Shown piece after piece: positions 20,473 to 30,722 of a DNA stretch of 64,000 nucleotides; the first letter of the stretch is position 1; each line of letters begins with the position of its first letter. The stretch lies in the NCBI GenBank assembly GCA_965224245.1, contig OZ245046.1:896001-960000 (forward strand). Reading direction: 5' to 3'. The translations under genes and the position numbers were made by a program. The DNA is from Candidatus Eiseniibacteriota bacterium. GTDB taxonomy: Bacteria > Eisenbacteria > RBG-16-71-46 > CAZAMP01. The notes under the pieces were generated by a model, which searched no databases, was not told the DNA's origin, and saw nothing but the letters and a program-made list of their open reading frames with translations.

Positions 20473-21825
20473 GGATCCGTCCCGAGTCCTGTGGAAAAAC
20501 GAAAATGGCGTAACCTCCTGGTTGCCAAACCAGACCGCCCACCGGGCGAGGAGGAAACGCCATGGCTCAGTCTACCACCGCTCCGTCCCAACTTCCCGTC
20601 CGTCACGTCGTTCGTGAGCTTCTCCAGCAGCGGATCGCACAGGTCGTCGAGGTCGTGATCGAGGAGGAGCTGTCGGAGCTTCTCGGGTCTTCTCGATACC
20701 AGCGGACCGATGAGCGTCGAGGCTATCGGAACGGGCGAACGTCGCGAACGATCACGACGGAGTCCGGTCCGATGGAGATCTCGGTTCCCAGGGCTCGCGT
20801 CCGCGACGAGTCGGGGAACACCACCGAGTTCACGAGCGAGATCCTGCCCCGCTACGCCCGTCGTACCCGCCGGGTCGACGACGCCATCCTCGGGGTGTAT
20901 CTCGCCGGCGCGAACAGTCGACGTATCCGCAAGGCGCTTCTGCCGCTTCTTGGCGAAGCGAACCTCTCGAAGAGCGCCGTTTCTCGGGTCGTATCTCGAC
21001 TCAAGGCGCTGTTCCAGAGCTGGAGCGAGCGGGACCTGAGCGAGGAGACCTATCCGATCGTCATGCTCGATGCGATCCACCTGAAGGTGCGGCTGGCTCG
21101 CCGGGTGGTGAGCGTGCCGGTCCTGGTGGTGATGGGCGTCGATGAGGCCGGAAACAAGCGCCTGGTGGCGCTTCGACTCGCCGCCAGCGAGGCGGCGACG
21201 AACTGGGGCGCGGTGATCGAGGACCTTGGGGCTCGCGGACTCCCGAGTCCTGAGCTGATCATCAGCGACGGTCACAAAGGACTGCTTCGCGCGGTTGCGC
21301 TCTGGCCCGAAGCTGGCGTTCAGCGGTGCACGGTTCACAAGCGTGCGAATCTCGAGGCGTGCTGTCCGGTCCATGCCCGGCCTGAGCTCGCCCGCGACTA
21401 CCACGCGATCGTCATGGCCACCTCGGCCATGGACGCACGAGGGGCGTACGACGCGTTCCTGGGTAAGTGGCGGACGCTCTGTCCGGCCGTCGCGAGAAGT
21501 CTCGAGGAGGTGGGGCATCAGCTCCTCACGTTCTACGAGTTCCCCAAGCCGATGTGGAAGTCGCTGCGATCGACCAACTCGATCGAGAATCTGAACCGAG
21601 AGTTCCGCCGGCGGACCAAGACCCAAGCGTCGTTCTCGACCGAAGAGGCGGCGCTGACGTTGCTCTACGGTCTCGTTGCGTTCGGTCAGATCAAGATGCG
21701 CAAGATCAACGGACACCAGCACGTGGCCACGATCTCGGCTCGGAGGTGCCGAGACGCCGCGTAACGCGCTACTATCACGCAATCAGGAGGGCGCTACGCT
21801 TTTCCACAACAATCGGGACGCATCC
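20473..21825 (+). mobile_element. IS256-family insertion sequence, copy 2
   Basis: Same 1353-bp length and TIRs as copy 1; flanks CAATCGGT / CAATCGCA (6/8 match). Confidence 0.93.
20562..21764 (+). CDS. IS256-family transposase (identical protein to 13590..14792)
   Basis: Identical 400-aa translation. Confidence 0.95.
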   Translation: MAQSTTAPSQLPVRHVVRELLQQRIAQVVEVVIEEELSELLGSSRYQRTDERRGYRNGRTSRTITTESGPMEISVPRARVRDESGNTTEFTSEILPRYARRTRRVDDAILGVYLAGANSRRIRKALLPLLGEANLSKSAVSRVVSRLKALFQSWSERDLSEETYPIVMLDAIHLKVRLARRVVSVPVLVVMGVDEAGNKRLVALRLAASEAATNWGAVIEDLGARGLPSPELIISDGHKGLLRAVALWPEAGVQRCTVHKRANLEACCPVHARPELARDYHAIVMATSAMDARGAYDAFLGKWRTLCPAVARSLEEVGHQLLTFYEFPKPMWKSLRSTNSIENLNREFRRRTKTQASFSTEEAALTLLYGLVAFGQIKMRKINGHQHVATISARRCRDAA

Positions 21826-23814
21826 CAATCGCATATCCGCCTGCGCTCAGGGTTGTAGACCCCACCATCGTCGGGGTCTGGGGACTACTGATGTCGATGA
21901 CATCCAAGGTGCCGGCACTACTGGGCAAGGAAGCGGTTGCGACGTACGCATGAGTGCCGGCGAGTGCAATTGAACGTCCGCCCAGGTTAAGTGAAATGTT
22001 TATGTAGGGGAGGGGATTCAAGGGATTACTGATGTCGATCGGCGTGAAGTAGCCCGCGTCCTCATAGAGTTCATCGAAATCGGTAGAGGCGACAAAGAGG
22101 GTGTTGTCACAACCGGCGATCGCGCGCGCTCCAACGCCTAGATCGATTGATGCGACGATCACCGGATCGAGTGGGTCCGCGATGTCCACGACCACGAGTG
22201 CTCCTGTATCCCAGTCAACGGGGTCGACGTCTGCCGTGCCAATGTATGCGAAGTCGCCGACAACGGTGACCGCATGCCCTCCGTAGGGAAGATCGATGGA
22301 ACCTAGAGATACGGGGCTGAACGGGTCCTGGATGTCGATGATGTGGAAGGTGCCCGCATCCCAGCCTCCGTAGTTGACGTCCGCGGTCACGACGTAGGCA
22401 TGGAGATCGTCCTCGCTCAGGTCGACGGCACGGGCGCCCCAGGGAAGATTTACCGTCGATCCACTACTGAATGGAGGAGCCGCCCATATCACGTGAAAGC
22501 TGCCATAGTCTGGTCCGTTGGCCTCGACTTCCGAGAGTGCCATGAAGGCGTAGCGATCTCCATACACCTCCAAGATCTCCAGATCGTGAACTCCGTCGTG
22601 TTGACCAATGAAATGCGGGTAGTAGTTGTCATCACTCTCGAGAAACGTCGGATCGGAGATGTCCCAGACTTGATAATGGCCGCGATCGGTTCCTCCGTGT
22701 ACGTCGATCTCCGTCATGCCAAGGAACAACTCCAAGCCGACCACGTCCATGGCACGTCCGCCTCGTTCGAGGTCGTAGGTCGCCAGGACCTCGAATGCGT
22801 ACGACGTGCGGAGGGCCAGGGGAATGCCGATCAGGGTGAAGCAGAGTACAACGACACATCGTGCAAGCAGACTCGACCGTCGGGCCCGAGTCACGGAGAG
22901 TTGATCAGCCAAGCGTGGCAACCTGGCTCCGGAGCTCGCTCGTATCGAACCAAGTGCTGCACTCGGCATATCGTGCACTCCTCTGGGGGAAACCGTTGAT
23001 GGGTCTACAGACTGGACCGGCTGGGCGGCCTCAGATCAGCGGAGTATACTGCACTCGGTAATCGATGGTGCGGAACCGGGTGTCGCCCAGTCGCAGGGCT
23101 GACGGCTCCGGTGGAGCTCACCTGTCCGCGGTGATCGGTCCATCCGGAGTCTCGGTTCTTAGGCCATGCTCAGTGCCGGCCTGGGTTCGATGGCCTCCGG
23201 TGCCGGAGGCTGATGACAGGAAGCGAACCGGCTTCGGGCCAGGGCGAAAGCGGCCGTCACAGAGGCCAAGACGGCCTACCGGATCGCCCACGCGGCCTAC
23301 CGCGATGCGTGCCGCCGGGCCAGGGTGGGCTGCGAGTTCGCACGGGGGCGACCATCGTGGACGGTCAGCGTTGCGCGTTCGTAACCGTTGCCCGTCCACT
23401 CCCGGCCCTCTGCGCGCGACTCAGCGAGTGATGGGCAGTTCAGTGTCCACCGATTGCAGACCACATGGTCTCGATCGGTTTTCGGATGCTGGTGTGTCCA
23501 GCGAAGGTCGGCGCGTTCAGTGCGGGAACACTGCCCGGAGTTCCCGGAGTCGCCACTCTTGATCACCCGACGTACAATCTTCCGCCGACGGCACCGGCCG
23601 CGGATCTGGCCTCGATCCTCGTGATTGCTGTATGATCGGGCCCCAGCCACAACTTCCAGATACGCTTCGTGCTCGCCGCGATCTCCGGTCGCTCGCGTTC
23701 GTGGCGAAGCTCGGTCGTTGAGGTTTGACCCCCGTACCCCGGCGGCGTGATGCGCGGCCGCGATCCCATCGTGAGGTACGGCATCGAGACCACACGCCAA
23801 CCGGGAGGCGAGCC

Positions 23815-26520
23815 TTGCGCGATCACATCGAGAAGACACGTTCGGTCACACTCTCGGGCACATCGTCGTTCATGACCGGGCTCCTGATCCTGGCCGCGGC
23901 ACTCGTTCCGATCGCACCGTCGTTTGCCGATCCTCCACCTCAGATCGACGTCACAAACCCCGCCAACTCGTCGGATGTCATTCTCGACCGTCTGCCCGCA
24001 CATGCCGGAGCGGTCACGCATCGCGTAGAAGCCCCTCGGACGCTGCGGATCGACACGAGCACCGGTGTCTCGACCTGGGTATCGGACGACCCGAGCCTGG
24101 CGGACCGGCAGGACCCGGTGGGTCGGGGCGCCGCCACGCCGGTGTACGCCAACGACACGACCGAGCTGGCCGCGTATGTCATCCCCGGAGTGACGACGGG
24201 CGTCGTGTTCGGGGACTGGGTCAATCTGATCGAGCCGGGGAGGGTCGACGCGTGCCAGATAACCGTCTACAACGACCCCGGCTCCCCCGGGGCGCTCCTC
24301 ACGGCGACGGTGCGGGTGAGTTTCTACGATGCCAACGACTGGCCGACCTTTCCCGTGGGGTACCCGGCCACGCTGCTCGGCTCCTTCGACTACGACGTGG
24401 ACTTCGGAGCCGGCCTGTCGCCGTCGGCCACGACCATCGTTGCCCTTACCGATCTGGTCGCTTCGGGGACTGACATCTACTTGCCGACGAACATCGTGGT
24501 GGTGCAGCAGATCGTGTCGTTCACGGGCGACGTGACCGGCATCGGGATCGCGTTCTACGATCCTCCATCGATCGGCTACAGCGATGGCAGCAGCTGGTTC
24601 GTTGCGGCCGAAGGAATCGGCATCCCCTCGGGTCTCTACGGCGCCCTCTCGGGCCTGTATGGAAATCTCGGCTACCGCATCGGTCTGGAGCCGCCGGGGG
24701 GCGACGTGCTTCACGACCAGTCGGACTTCGTCGTCGGGGGCCCCGTCTTCACCGACTACTGGGGTCTCGCCAGTGGCATTCCCGGTCTCAGCGATGTCAC
24801 GGTTGACGGCGACGGCTGGAACATCGAACGCATCACCAGCTACTACGCGCTCGACCATCCCGAATGGGGTGGAAGCGTGACTGGGGGCTACGTCAGCGTG
24901 TTCCAGAAGACCGGCCCGCTGCCACTGTGGCCGGACCACAATCCCCATGACAGCCCGCTTGTCCCGATGTCCGCGTCGAACGCCGGTGACCACTGGGTCG
25001 TCACGGCCTCGGCACTGGACATCGACCTGGCACCGGGCGAGTACTGGATCGGCATCACGCCGATATCTGTCTATTCGCCCGACCGACGCCTGTCGTCCGG
25101 CACGTTTCTGGGCCATGCAACGGCGACGTGGCATGAGGGGTTCGGCACTCCCCCGTTCGGGGAGCCCCCGTACTGGTACAACGAACATCCAGGTGTGGAT
25201 GCGGCCATGCTGATCCGGGGCACCCGGCTGTGTACCTCGCCCCACATCGAAGTGGACACCACGTACTTCAACTTTGATCTGAACTTCAACGACGCGATCG
25301 CCTTCCAGCTCCCCATCAGCAACGAGAACGGCTGCTCGACACTGGACTACGAGGTCACCGGAAGCTGCCCGATAGGAACTGCGTCGGGATCGATCCCGGC
25401 CGGTGAGGTGGGTGGGCCGTGGCTCGTGATCGACCCGTTCGGGTATGCGCCGGGATCGTATACCTGCTGGCTTCAGGTGGACTCGAACGACCCGTACACC
25501 CCACTGGTCCTGGTCCAGGTCGACTTCACGCTCAACGGCACGATCTCCGATGCGGTCCCCGGGGTGCTGTACGCCACCCAGGGCACGGGCGGGATCAGCC
25601 AGTGGGTGGAGATCGATCCGCTCACCGGGGCCGGTACGGTCTCCGGATCGACGGGGCGTCTGCCGGACGATCTGACCGTCGACGGCGACGGTCGTCTCTG
25701 GGCCGCCTACACTGGCTACATCTACCGCGTCGACTCCGCAAGTGGCGCGATGGTCCGGCTCGGACTGACCGGCATGGAGACGCTCGCGAGCCACGAGGGC
25801 TTTCTCTACGGTCTCGACGTGGCCAACCAGGTGTGGCAGTTCAACCTCGACACCTACGAACAGCTCGGTCCGCTGGCGACCGTGACGCCCCACATGGACG
25901 GGTGTGCGATCGACCCGACCACTGGCATCATGTACCTGACGCCGTCCGGTGCGGGACCCGGCTCGGACACGCTCTACATGCTCGACCTTCCCGGACTCGG
26001 TGACGAAGCTGTGGCCGTGGGCCCGCTCGGGTACGGGGAGCCGATCGGCGACATCGCGTTCGACGGTCAGGGCAACCTGTTCGGCGTCATCGGTGGGGCG
26101 GGGCCGACGACGCTGGTCACGATCGACAAGACGACCGGGCTCGCCGACGACATCGGGGTGGTCGGTGTCGATCACCTGTCCGGGCTCGCGATGATCGGCA
26201 GCGGGCTTCTGAGCGCCCCGAGCGACGAGGTGTCGAGCCCGACGGCCGCCTCGTTCCGCGCGGCGTCGCCGAACCCGTTCCGCGGTGGCACGTCTCTGTC
26301 GTTCGGGTTGCCCGAGGCCGGACCCGTGAGGCTCGTCATCTTCGACGCGACCGGCCGCGAGGTACGGACCCTGGTCGATGGAACCTACCCTGCCGCCGCG
26401 CACCGCGTGGTCTGGGACGGCCGCGATCTGTCGGGGCGGACCGTGGCGCCCGGGATCTACTTCGCTCGGATCCGGGCAGGGGAGTACGAGTCGGTCCAGC
26501 GACTCACGCTGATTCGGTGA
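23815..26520 (+). CDS. Secreted multidomain beta-rich protein with FlgD-Ig C-terminal domain
   Basis: GGGAGG RBS before TTG 23815 (alternative ATG 23872); signal peptide; propeller-like repeats; paralog of 37691..40258. Confidence 0.8.
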   Translation: MRDHIEKTRSVTLSGTSSFMTGLLILAAALVPIAPSFADPPPQIDVTNPANSSDVILDRLPAHAGAVTHRVEAPRTLRIDTSTGVSTWVSDDPSLADRQDPVGRGAATPVYANDTTELAAYVIPGVTTGVVFGDWVNLIEPGRVDACQITVYNDPGSPGALLTATVRVSFYDANDWPTFPVGYPATLLGSFDYDVDFGAGLSPSATTIVALTDLVASGTDIYLPTNIVVVQQIVSFTGDVTGIGIAFYDPPSIGYSDGSSWFVAAEGIGIPSGLYGALSGLYGNLGYRIGLEPPGGDVLHDQSDFVVGGPVFTDYWGLASGIPGLSDVTVDGDGWNIERITSYYALDHPEWGGSVTGGYVSVFQKTGPLPLWPDHNPHDSPLVPMSASNAGDHWVVTASALDIDLAPGEYWIGITPISVYSPDRRLSSGTFLGHATATWHEGFGTPPFGEPPYWYNEHPGVDAAMLIRGTRLCTSPHIEVDTTYFNFDLNFNDAIAFQLPISNENGCSTLDYEVTGSCPIGTASGSIPAGEVGGPWLVIDPFGYAPGSYTCWLQVDSNDPYTPLVLVQVDFTLNGTISDAVPGVLYATQGTGGISQWVEIDPLTGAGTVSGSTGRLPDDLTVDGDGRLWAAYTGYIYRVDSASGAMVRLGLTGMETLASHEGFLYGLDVANQVWQFNLDTYEQLGPLATVTPHMDGCAIDPTTGIMYLTPSGAGPGSDTLYMLDLPGLGDEAVAVGPLGYGEPIGDIAFDGQGNLFGVIGGAGPTTLVTIDKTTGLADDIGVVGVDHLSGLAMIGSGLLSAPSDEVSSPTAASFRAASPNPFRGGTSLSFGLPEAGPVRLVIFDATGREVRTLVDGTYPAAAHRVVWDGRDLSGRTVAPGIYFARIRAGEYESVQRLTLIR

Positions 26521-26545
26521 GAAAGGCGACACGCAGCTAGATGGG

Positions 26546-26743
26546 TTCGAGCCCCGCAGGGACATCCGGCTGGGGCTCGAAGACCTCTCCACCTCTCTGT
26601 TTGGAGCGGTGTTCGATTGGTCCCGGCAAACGACTTGAGAGGTAGGGGACTGTGGGCTCAATGCCCCGACCCAGCCTGACAGTTTGGCCCGCCTCGTTCG
26701 GGTCACCATGCCCTACCTCAACATGCTTTATTGCAATGAGTTA
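26546..26743 (+). repeat. Intergenic element A, copy 3
   Basis: TTCGAGCCCC..GGGGCTCGAA, CTCTCCACCTCTCTGTTTGGA, GTTCG, AGTTTGGCCCGCCTCGTTCGGGTCACCA, CAAC..GTTA box. Confidence 0.85.
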
Positions 26744-27040
26744 TAGTCGCACATAGGGGGCGTAGCGCCAACCTCTGGGCTCACCTAGCGTATCTCGGCC
26801 TGCCAATCGGGTAGGATGTGCCTTTCGCCCAACGATCTCCATCGGGTGGGGTTGGGGGATCACGTTGCCCAGTCGGCCATATTGGGGCAAGGCACCGAAC
26901 CCGACACGACCTGCCCTTGGAGGCAAGGTCATCCGCTGCACCGTGGGGGAAACGGATCGCGCTCTGGTCCTTCGGCGTCTAGGCGGCTCGCCGTTGCGGG
27001 ATGACAAACCCATCCAGCTTGCACGAGGGGGCTGAGCGGC

Positions 27041-29956
27041 GTGGACGTACACGAGTTTCGGCGGGCTGAGGCCATCTTCCAGGTCATGGCTGACCTCCCG
27101 CGCGACCAGCGCGAGTCGGCCGTCGCCGAGGCGTGCGCCGGGGACACCCAGCTTCTCGCCCTGGTTCAGCGGCTGCTTGCCCATCACGAAGATGGTCTAA
27201 GCGAGTTCCTGATCCCGCCCGAGCTGCAACATCTCGATCCGCTCACCGACGATGTCCCGGCGCACGTCCGCATCGGTGCCTACGAGATCCTGCGCAAGAT
27301 CGGCGAGGGCGGCATGGGCACCGTCTACGAGGCCCGGCAGAGCAACCCCCGCCGAACCGTGGCACTGAAGGTGGCCCGAGGCGCAACCGTCGACCCCTCG
27401 CGGGTTCGGAGGTTTCGGTTCGAAACCCGGGTGTTGGCGGAGCTGAATCATCCGGGCATCGCGCGAGTCTACGAGGCCGGCGAGACCGACGACGGCATCC
27501 CGTACTTCGCCATGGAGATGGTGTCGGGGCTATCGCTCACCCACCATGCCGAAGAGCGCAAGCTCGACGTGGCCGAGCGCCTCGAGCTCATGACGAGGAT
27601 CTGTGATGCCGTCCATCATGCCCACGAGGCGGGTGTCATCCACCGGGACCTGAAACCTGCCAACATCCTCGTTTCCGAGGACGGAGGACGTGGCCCGCAA
27701 CCAAAGATTCTCGATTTCGGTGTGGCGCGCGCACTCCGCGCCGATCTGCAGACGGTTTCGATGTACACCTCGGCCGGACAGCTGGTCGGAACGCTCGCGT
27801 ACATGAGCCCCGAGCAGGTCTCCGGCAACTCCGAGAACCTCGATGCACGATCGGACGTTTACCAGCTCGGTGTGATCCTCTACGAGCTTCTGGCTGGGCG
27901 TCGGCCCTACTCGGTGACGGGCCTCGAGGTTCCCCGTGCTGCACGTGTGATCCTGGAGGAAGACCCTCCATCCCTCAGTGCCGCCGACACCGCGTACCGG
28001 GGGGACATCGAGGCCATCGTGGGCAAGGCGCTGTGCAAGGAGCCCGAGCGTCGGTACCCGACCGCAGCGGCCATGGCGGACGACATCCGTCGCCACCTCC
28101 GCAACGAGCCGATCATCGCGCGTCCCAGCAGCGGCCTGTACCGGCTCCGGAAGCTCGCGATGAGGAGGCGCGAGGCGATCGGCGGACTGGCCGTGGGGGT
28201 CGTGCTCGCGGCTACGATCATCCTGGCGCTGGTGATGCGGAACGGTGGGTCGGCGACCGATGGACCGATGTCGGTGCAGGAGACCCGGCTCACCGCGATG
28301 ACCCCGGAGTTCCTCGTCGCGATCGGCGCCGTGTCCCCCGACGGATCGAAGCTCGCCTGCATACGAAACGATGGGCTCGTGTTTCAGGACATCATCTCCG
28401 GCGAGAGTGCCCACGTCCTGCTTCCGGACGGGTTCGCCCGGTACCGCCAGACGCGCTGGCACCCCGTCGACCAGCGGTTCTTCACCCGGCTGACCGGAGA
28501 GCGCGGAAAGAAAGACTGGTACTTCGTGAACGCCGACGGAGAGATCGCGCGTGCCCTGCCCACCTCCGTCGCCGCCTCCATGGGGGATACCCCCAGGGAC
28601 GCGCGCCTCACGCCGGATGGCGAACGCTGGCTCTTCATGTCCTCGGATTACCGGAGCCTGTGGGTCATGGACGCGAACGGGACGACGCCGGAACGACTGA
28701 TCACACTCCCCGAGTCCGACTGGCTCGAGTCTCCGGTGTGGAGCCCGACCGGGGAGCGGATCGCGTTTCTGCGGTGCGACAGTGTCCGAGAGCGGTACAC
28801 CCTCCAGTCGATAGATCTCGAGGGCCGGTCCACGACAATCATCGGGCCTGATCCACGCCTCTTACAGCCGTACGCCGTCGGAGACCCGTGGGACTCGCTC
28901 TGCTGGCTTCCGGATGGGCGCCTGCTCTACTCGCGAGCGATGCCCACCCCGAACGAGCTGAGCTCGGAGCTTGCCTCGATCCACGTCGACCCCGGACGTG
29001 GCGAGCCCCGGGGCGAGGTCGAGGTCGTCGCCGGCTGGGTGGGCTCCGGCATCTTCGGACTGTCGGCGACGAGCGATGGCGGTGTCATCACCTGCGTTCG
29101 CAAGCAATCCCAGGATGACATCTTCCTCGTGGACCTCGACGAGGACGGGCACTTCCAGGGCGCCCCGAAGCGATTCACGCTCGACGAGCGCATCGATCGT
29201 CCCGGTGCCTGGGGACCGGATGGGACGAGCATGTACTTCGCCTCGAACCGGTTCGGGGTGTGGAACGTCCTGCACAAGCGGCTCGGTGAGCTGACGCCGA
29301 CGCGAATCGTGACCGATCTCGCGGACTGGCCACGCATCGTCGTCGCCCCCGGGGGGGAGGATCTTCTCGTCGTGGGGCGCCGTGTCCGTGACGGAGAGGA
29401 CGACGATCGCCTCTGCGTGCAGCGCGTACCGATCGCCGGCGGTGACCCGGAGGTGGTTGCCTGGCTGGGCGCTGACGATCGCCTCGCCTGCGATCCTGCG
29501 TCGGGCGGTCGATGCGTCATCTCCCGTCGATCGGCGTCCAGCGTCGCCTTCTTCGAACTCGATGGAGGGTGGAAGCCGGGCGTCGAGCTCGGACGCATCG
29601 ACGTCGGAAACGATTTCTACAACTGGGCGCTGTCGCCGGATGGGGGAGAGCTCGCGGTCGTCACCGGTCACATGACAACGCTACACGTGCTCGAGCTCTC
29701 GTCCGGCCGATGGCAGAGGATTCTCGAACGACGCAGACTGCAGCACGTCACCTACGCTACCGGGCAGAGCGGCTTCTACCTGACGAGCTACGACCCCAAA
29801 CAGCTCCTGCGGGTCTCGAGGGAAGGCGATGTCGAGCAGGTCATTGACGTCTATCCGTCTTGGCCGTTCGCACCGAGCGTGTCACCGGACGGGGCGGTCC
29901 TGGCGTGCGGCCTGCGTGAGCAGGGCCAAAACGTGTGGATGCTCGAAGGACTCTGA
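27041..29956 (+). CDS. Ser/Thr protein kinase with TM helix and TolB/PD40-like propeller
   Basis: GEGGMGTVY, VALK, HRDLKPAN, DFG, GTLAYMSPEQ; SPDG/WSP repeats. Confidence 0.9.
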   Translation: MDVHEFRRAEAIFQVMADLPRDQRESAVAEACAGDTQLLALVQRLLAHHEDGLSEFLIPPELQHLDPLTDDVPAHVRIGAYEILRKIGEGGMGTVYEARQSNPRRTVALKVARGATVDPSRVRRFRFETRVLAELNHPGIARVYEAGETDDGIPYFAMEMVSGLSLTHHAEERKLDVAERLELMTRICDAVHHAHEAGVIHRDLKPANILVSEDGGRGPQPKILDFGVARALRADLQTVSMYTSAGQLVGTLAYMSPEQVSGNSENLDARSDVYQLGVILYELLAGRRPYSVTGLEVPRAARVILEEDPPSLSAADTAYRGDIEAIVGKALCKEPERRYPTAAAMADDIRRHLRNEPIIARPSSGLYRLRKLAMRRREAIGGLAVGVVLAATIILALVMRNGGSATDGPMSVQETRLTAMTPEFLVAIGAVSPDGSKLACIRNDGLVFQDIISGESAHVLLPDGFARYRQTRWHPVDQRFFTRLTGERGKKDWYFVNADGEIARALPTSVAASMGDTPRDARLTPDGERWLFMSSDYRSLWVMDANGTTPERLITLPESDWLESPVWSPTGERIAFLRCDSVRERYTLQSIDLEGRSTTIIGPDPRLLQPYAVGDPWDSLCWLPDGRLLYSRAMPTPNELSSELASIHVDPGRGEPRGEVEVVAGWVGSGIFGLSATSDGGVITCVRKQSQDDIFLVDLDEDGHFQGAPKRFTLDERIDRPGAWGPDGTSMYFASNRFGVWNVLHKRLGELTPTRIVTDLADWPRIVVAPGGEDLLVVGRRVRDGEDDDRLCVQRVPIAGGDPEVVAWLGADDRLACDPASGGRCVISRRSASSVAFFELDGGWKPGVELGRIDVGNDFYNWALSPDGGELAVVTGHMTTLHVLELSSGRWQRILERRRLQHVTYATGQSGFYLTSYDPKQLLRVSREGDVEQVIDVYPSWPFAPSVSPDGAVLACGLREQGQNVWMLEGL

Positions 29957-29976
29957 CCGTCCGCCATGGAGGACCT

Positions 29977-30549
29977 TCAGTCGGCGCCGCGGAGCTCATC
30001 GAAGAGCACCACCCGAGCGAACCGCCAGTCGCGCTCCACGGTGGGAAGTGAGACACCCAGGACGTCGGCCGTCTCCTTCATCGTCAGACCCGCGAAGTAG
30101 CGGAGTTCGACGACGTCGGCCTTTCTCGGATCGTTCTCACGCAGCCGGTCGAGGCTCTCGGCGAGTGCCTCGATGTCCCCGGAAGGAGACTCCACGGAGA
30201 TGTCGATCTCGTTCACGTCGAGCCGGTGCTGATCGCCGCCCCGCTTCACGGCGGCCTTGCGCCGCGCCTGCTCGATGAGGATCCGGCGCATCGCCTTGGC
30301 GGCCGCGCCGAAGAAGTAGCGACGACTCTTCCAGTCGCGAACGTCGCTGGACACGAGGCGCAGATAGCCCTCGTGCACGAGGGCGGTTGGTTGGAGCGTG
30401 TTCCCGGGAGGAACGCGCACCATGAGCGAGCGAGCGAGGGCACGAAGCTCGTCGTAGACGGCGACGAGGAGGCGCTCGGAGGCCGTGGGGTCTCCGTCCT
30501 GGATGGACTTGACGATGCACGTGACGGTTCCGGGCGACGAGTCGTCCAC
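29977..30549 (-). CDS. ECF sigma factor, kinase-associated (ECF43/TIGR02999-like)
   Basis: VYDELRALA, TLQPTALVHEGYLRL, MRRILIEQARRK, TVERDWRFAR; GTG start after GAGG. Confidence 0.92.
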   Translation of the reverse strand: MDDSSPGTVTCIVKSIQDGDPTASERLLVAVYDELRALARSLMVRVPPGNTLQPTALVHEGYLRLVSSDVRDWKSRRYFFGAAAKAMRRILIEQARRKAAVKRGGDQHRLDVNEIDISVESPSGDIEALAESLDRLRENDPRKADVVELRYFAGLTMKETADVLGVSLPTVERDWRFARVVLFDELRGAD

Positions 30550-30722
30550 GCGATCCTCGATCGTTGGGGGTGTCCCTGGTGACGGCCCCGGCGGTTCGAA
30601 GTGTACCCTACCCCGGTGGGAAGCACGTATCGCCGCGCGGGTGGGATGCGTCGGGCGCCGTGGCAACCCGAACACACCCCACCCCGACGGCGTCGCGGAC
30701 CCACCACGGAGGCGCTGGCAGG

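Larger units (their letters stand above)
18234..22978 (-). pseudogene. Secreted LVIVD-like + discoidin/DUF4457-like + FlgD-like protein, disrupted by IS256, IS3 and a frameshift near 18705
   Basis: Removing both ISs and one copy of each duplication gives in-frame GGYAIAACDD and GGETDGRAINLING; continues to FDLG..Y.L....IWNHNQ...RGV, then shifts frame to VFTLD...PGVYFARL. Confidence 0.85.

Noticed and set aside
13529-21825. Composite transposon or inversion bounded by the two inverted IS256 copies
   Set aside because: Each copy has its own matching flanks and its own reconstructable target, indicating independent insertions.
22990-23810. Genes in the ~800-bp divergent intergenic region
   Set aside because: Only short overlapping ORFs without recognisable motifs or RBS.
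23563-26709. Long antisense or alternate-frame ORFs (also 5363-7651, 13572-15176, 49525-51738, 52293-54890, 57804-59582)
   Set aside because: Shadow frames of well-supported genes in high-GC DNA; R/P/G-rich with no domain motifs.
2445-26743. Element A as CRISPR repeats, integron attC sites or intact tRNA genes
   Set aside because: Copies are kb apart with no spacers or cas genes; no RYYYAAC/GTTRRRY pairs seen; only a 3' tRNA-like fragment, no D or anticodon arm.
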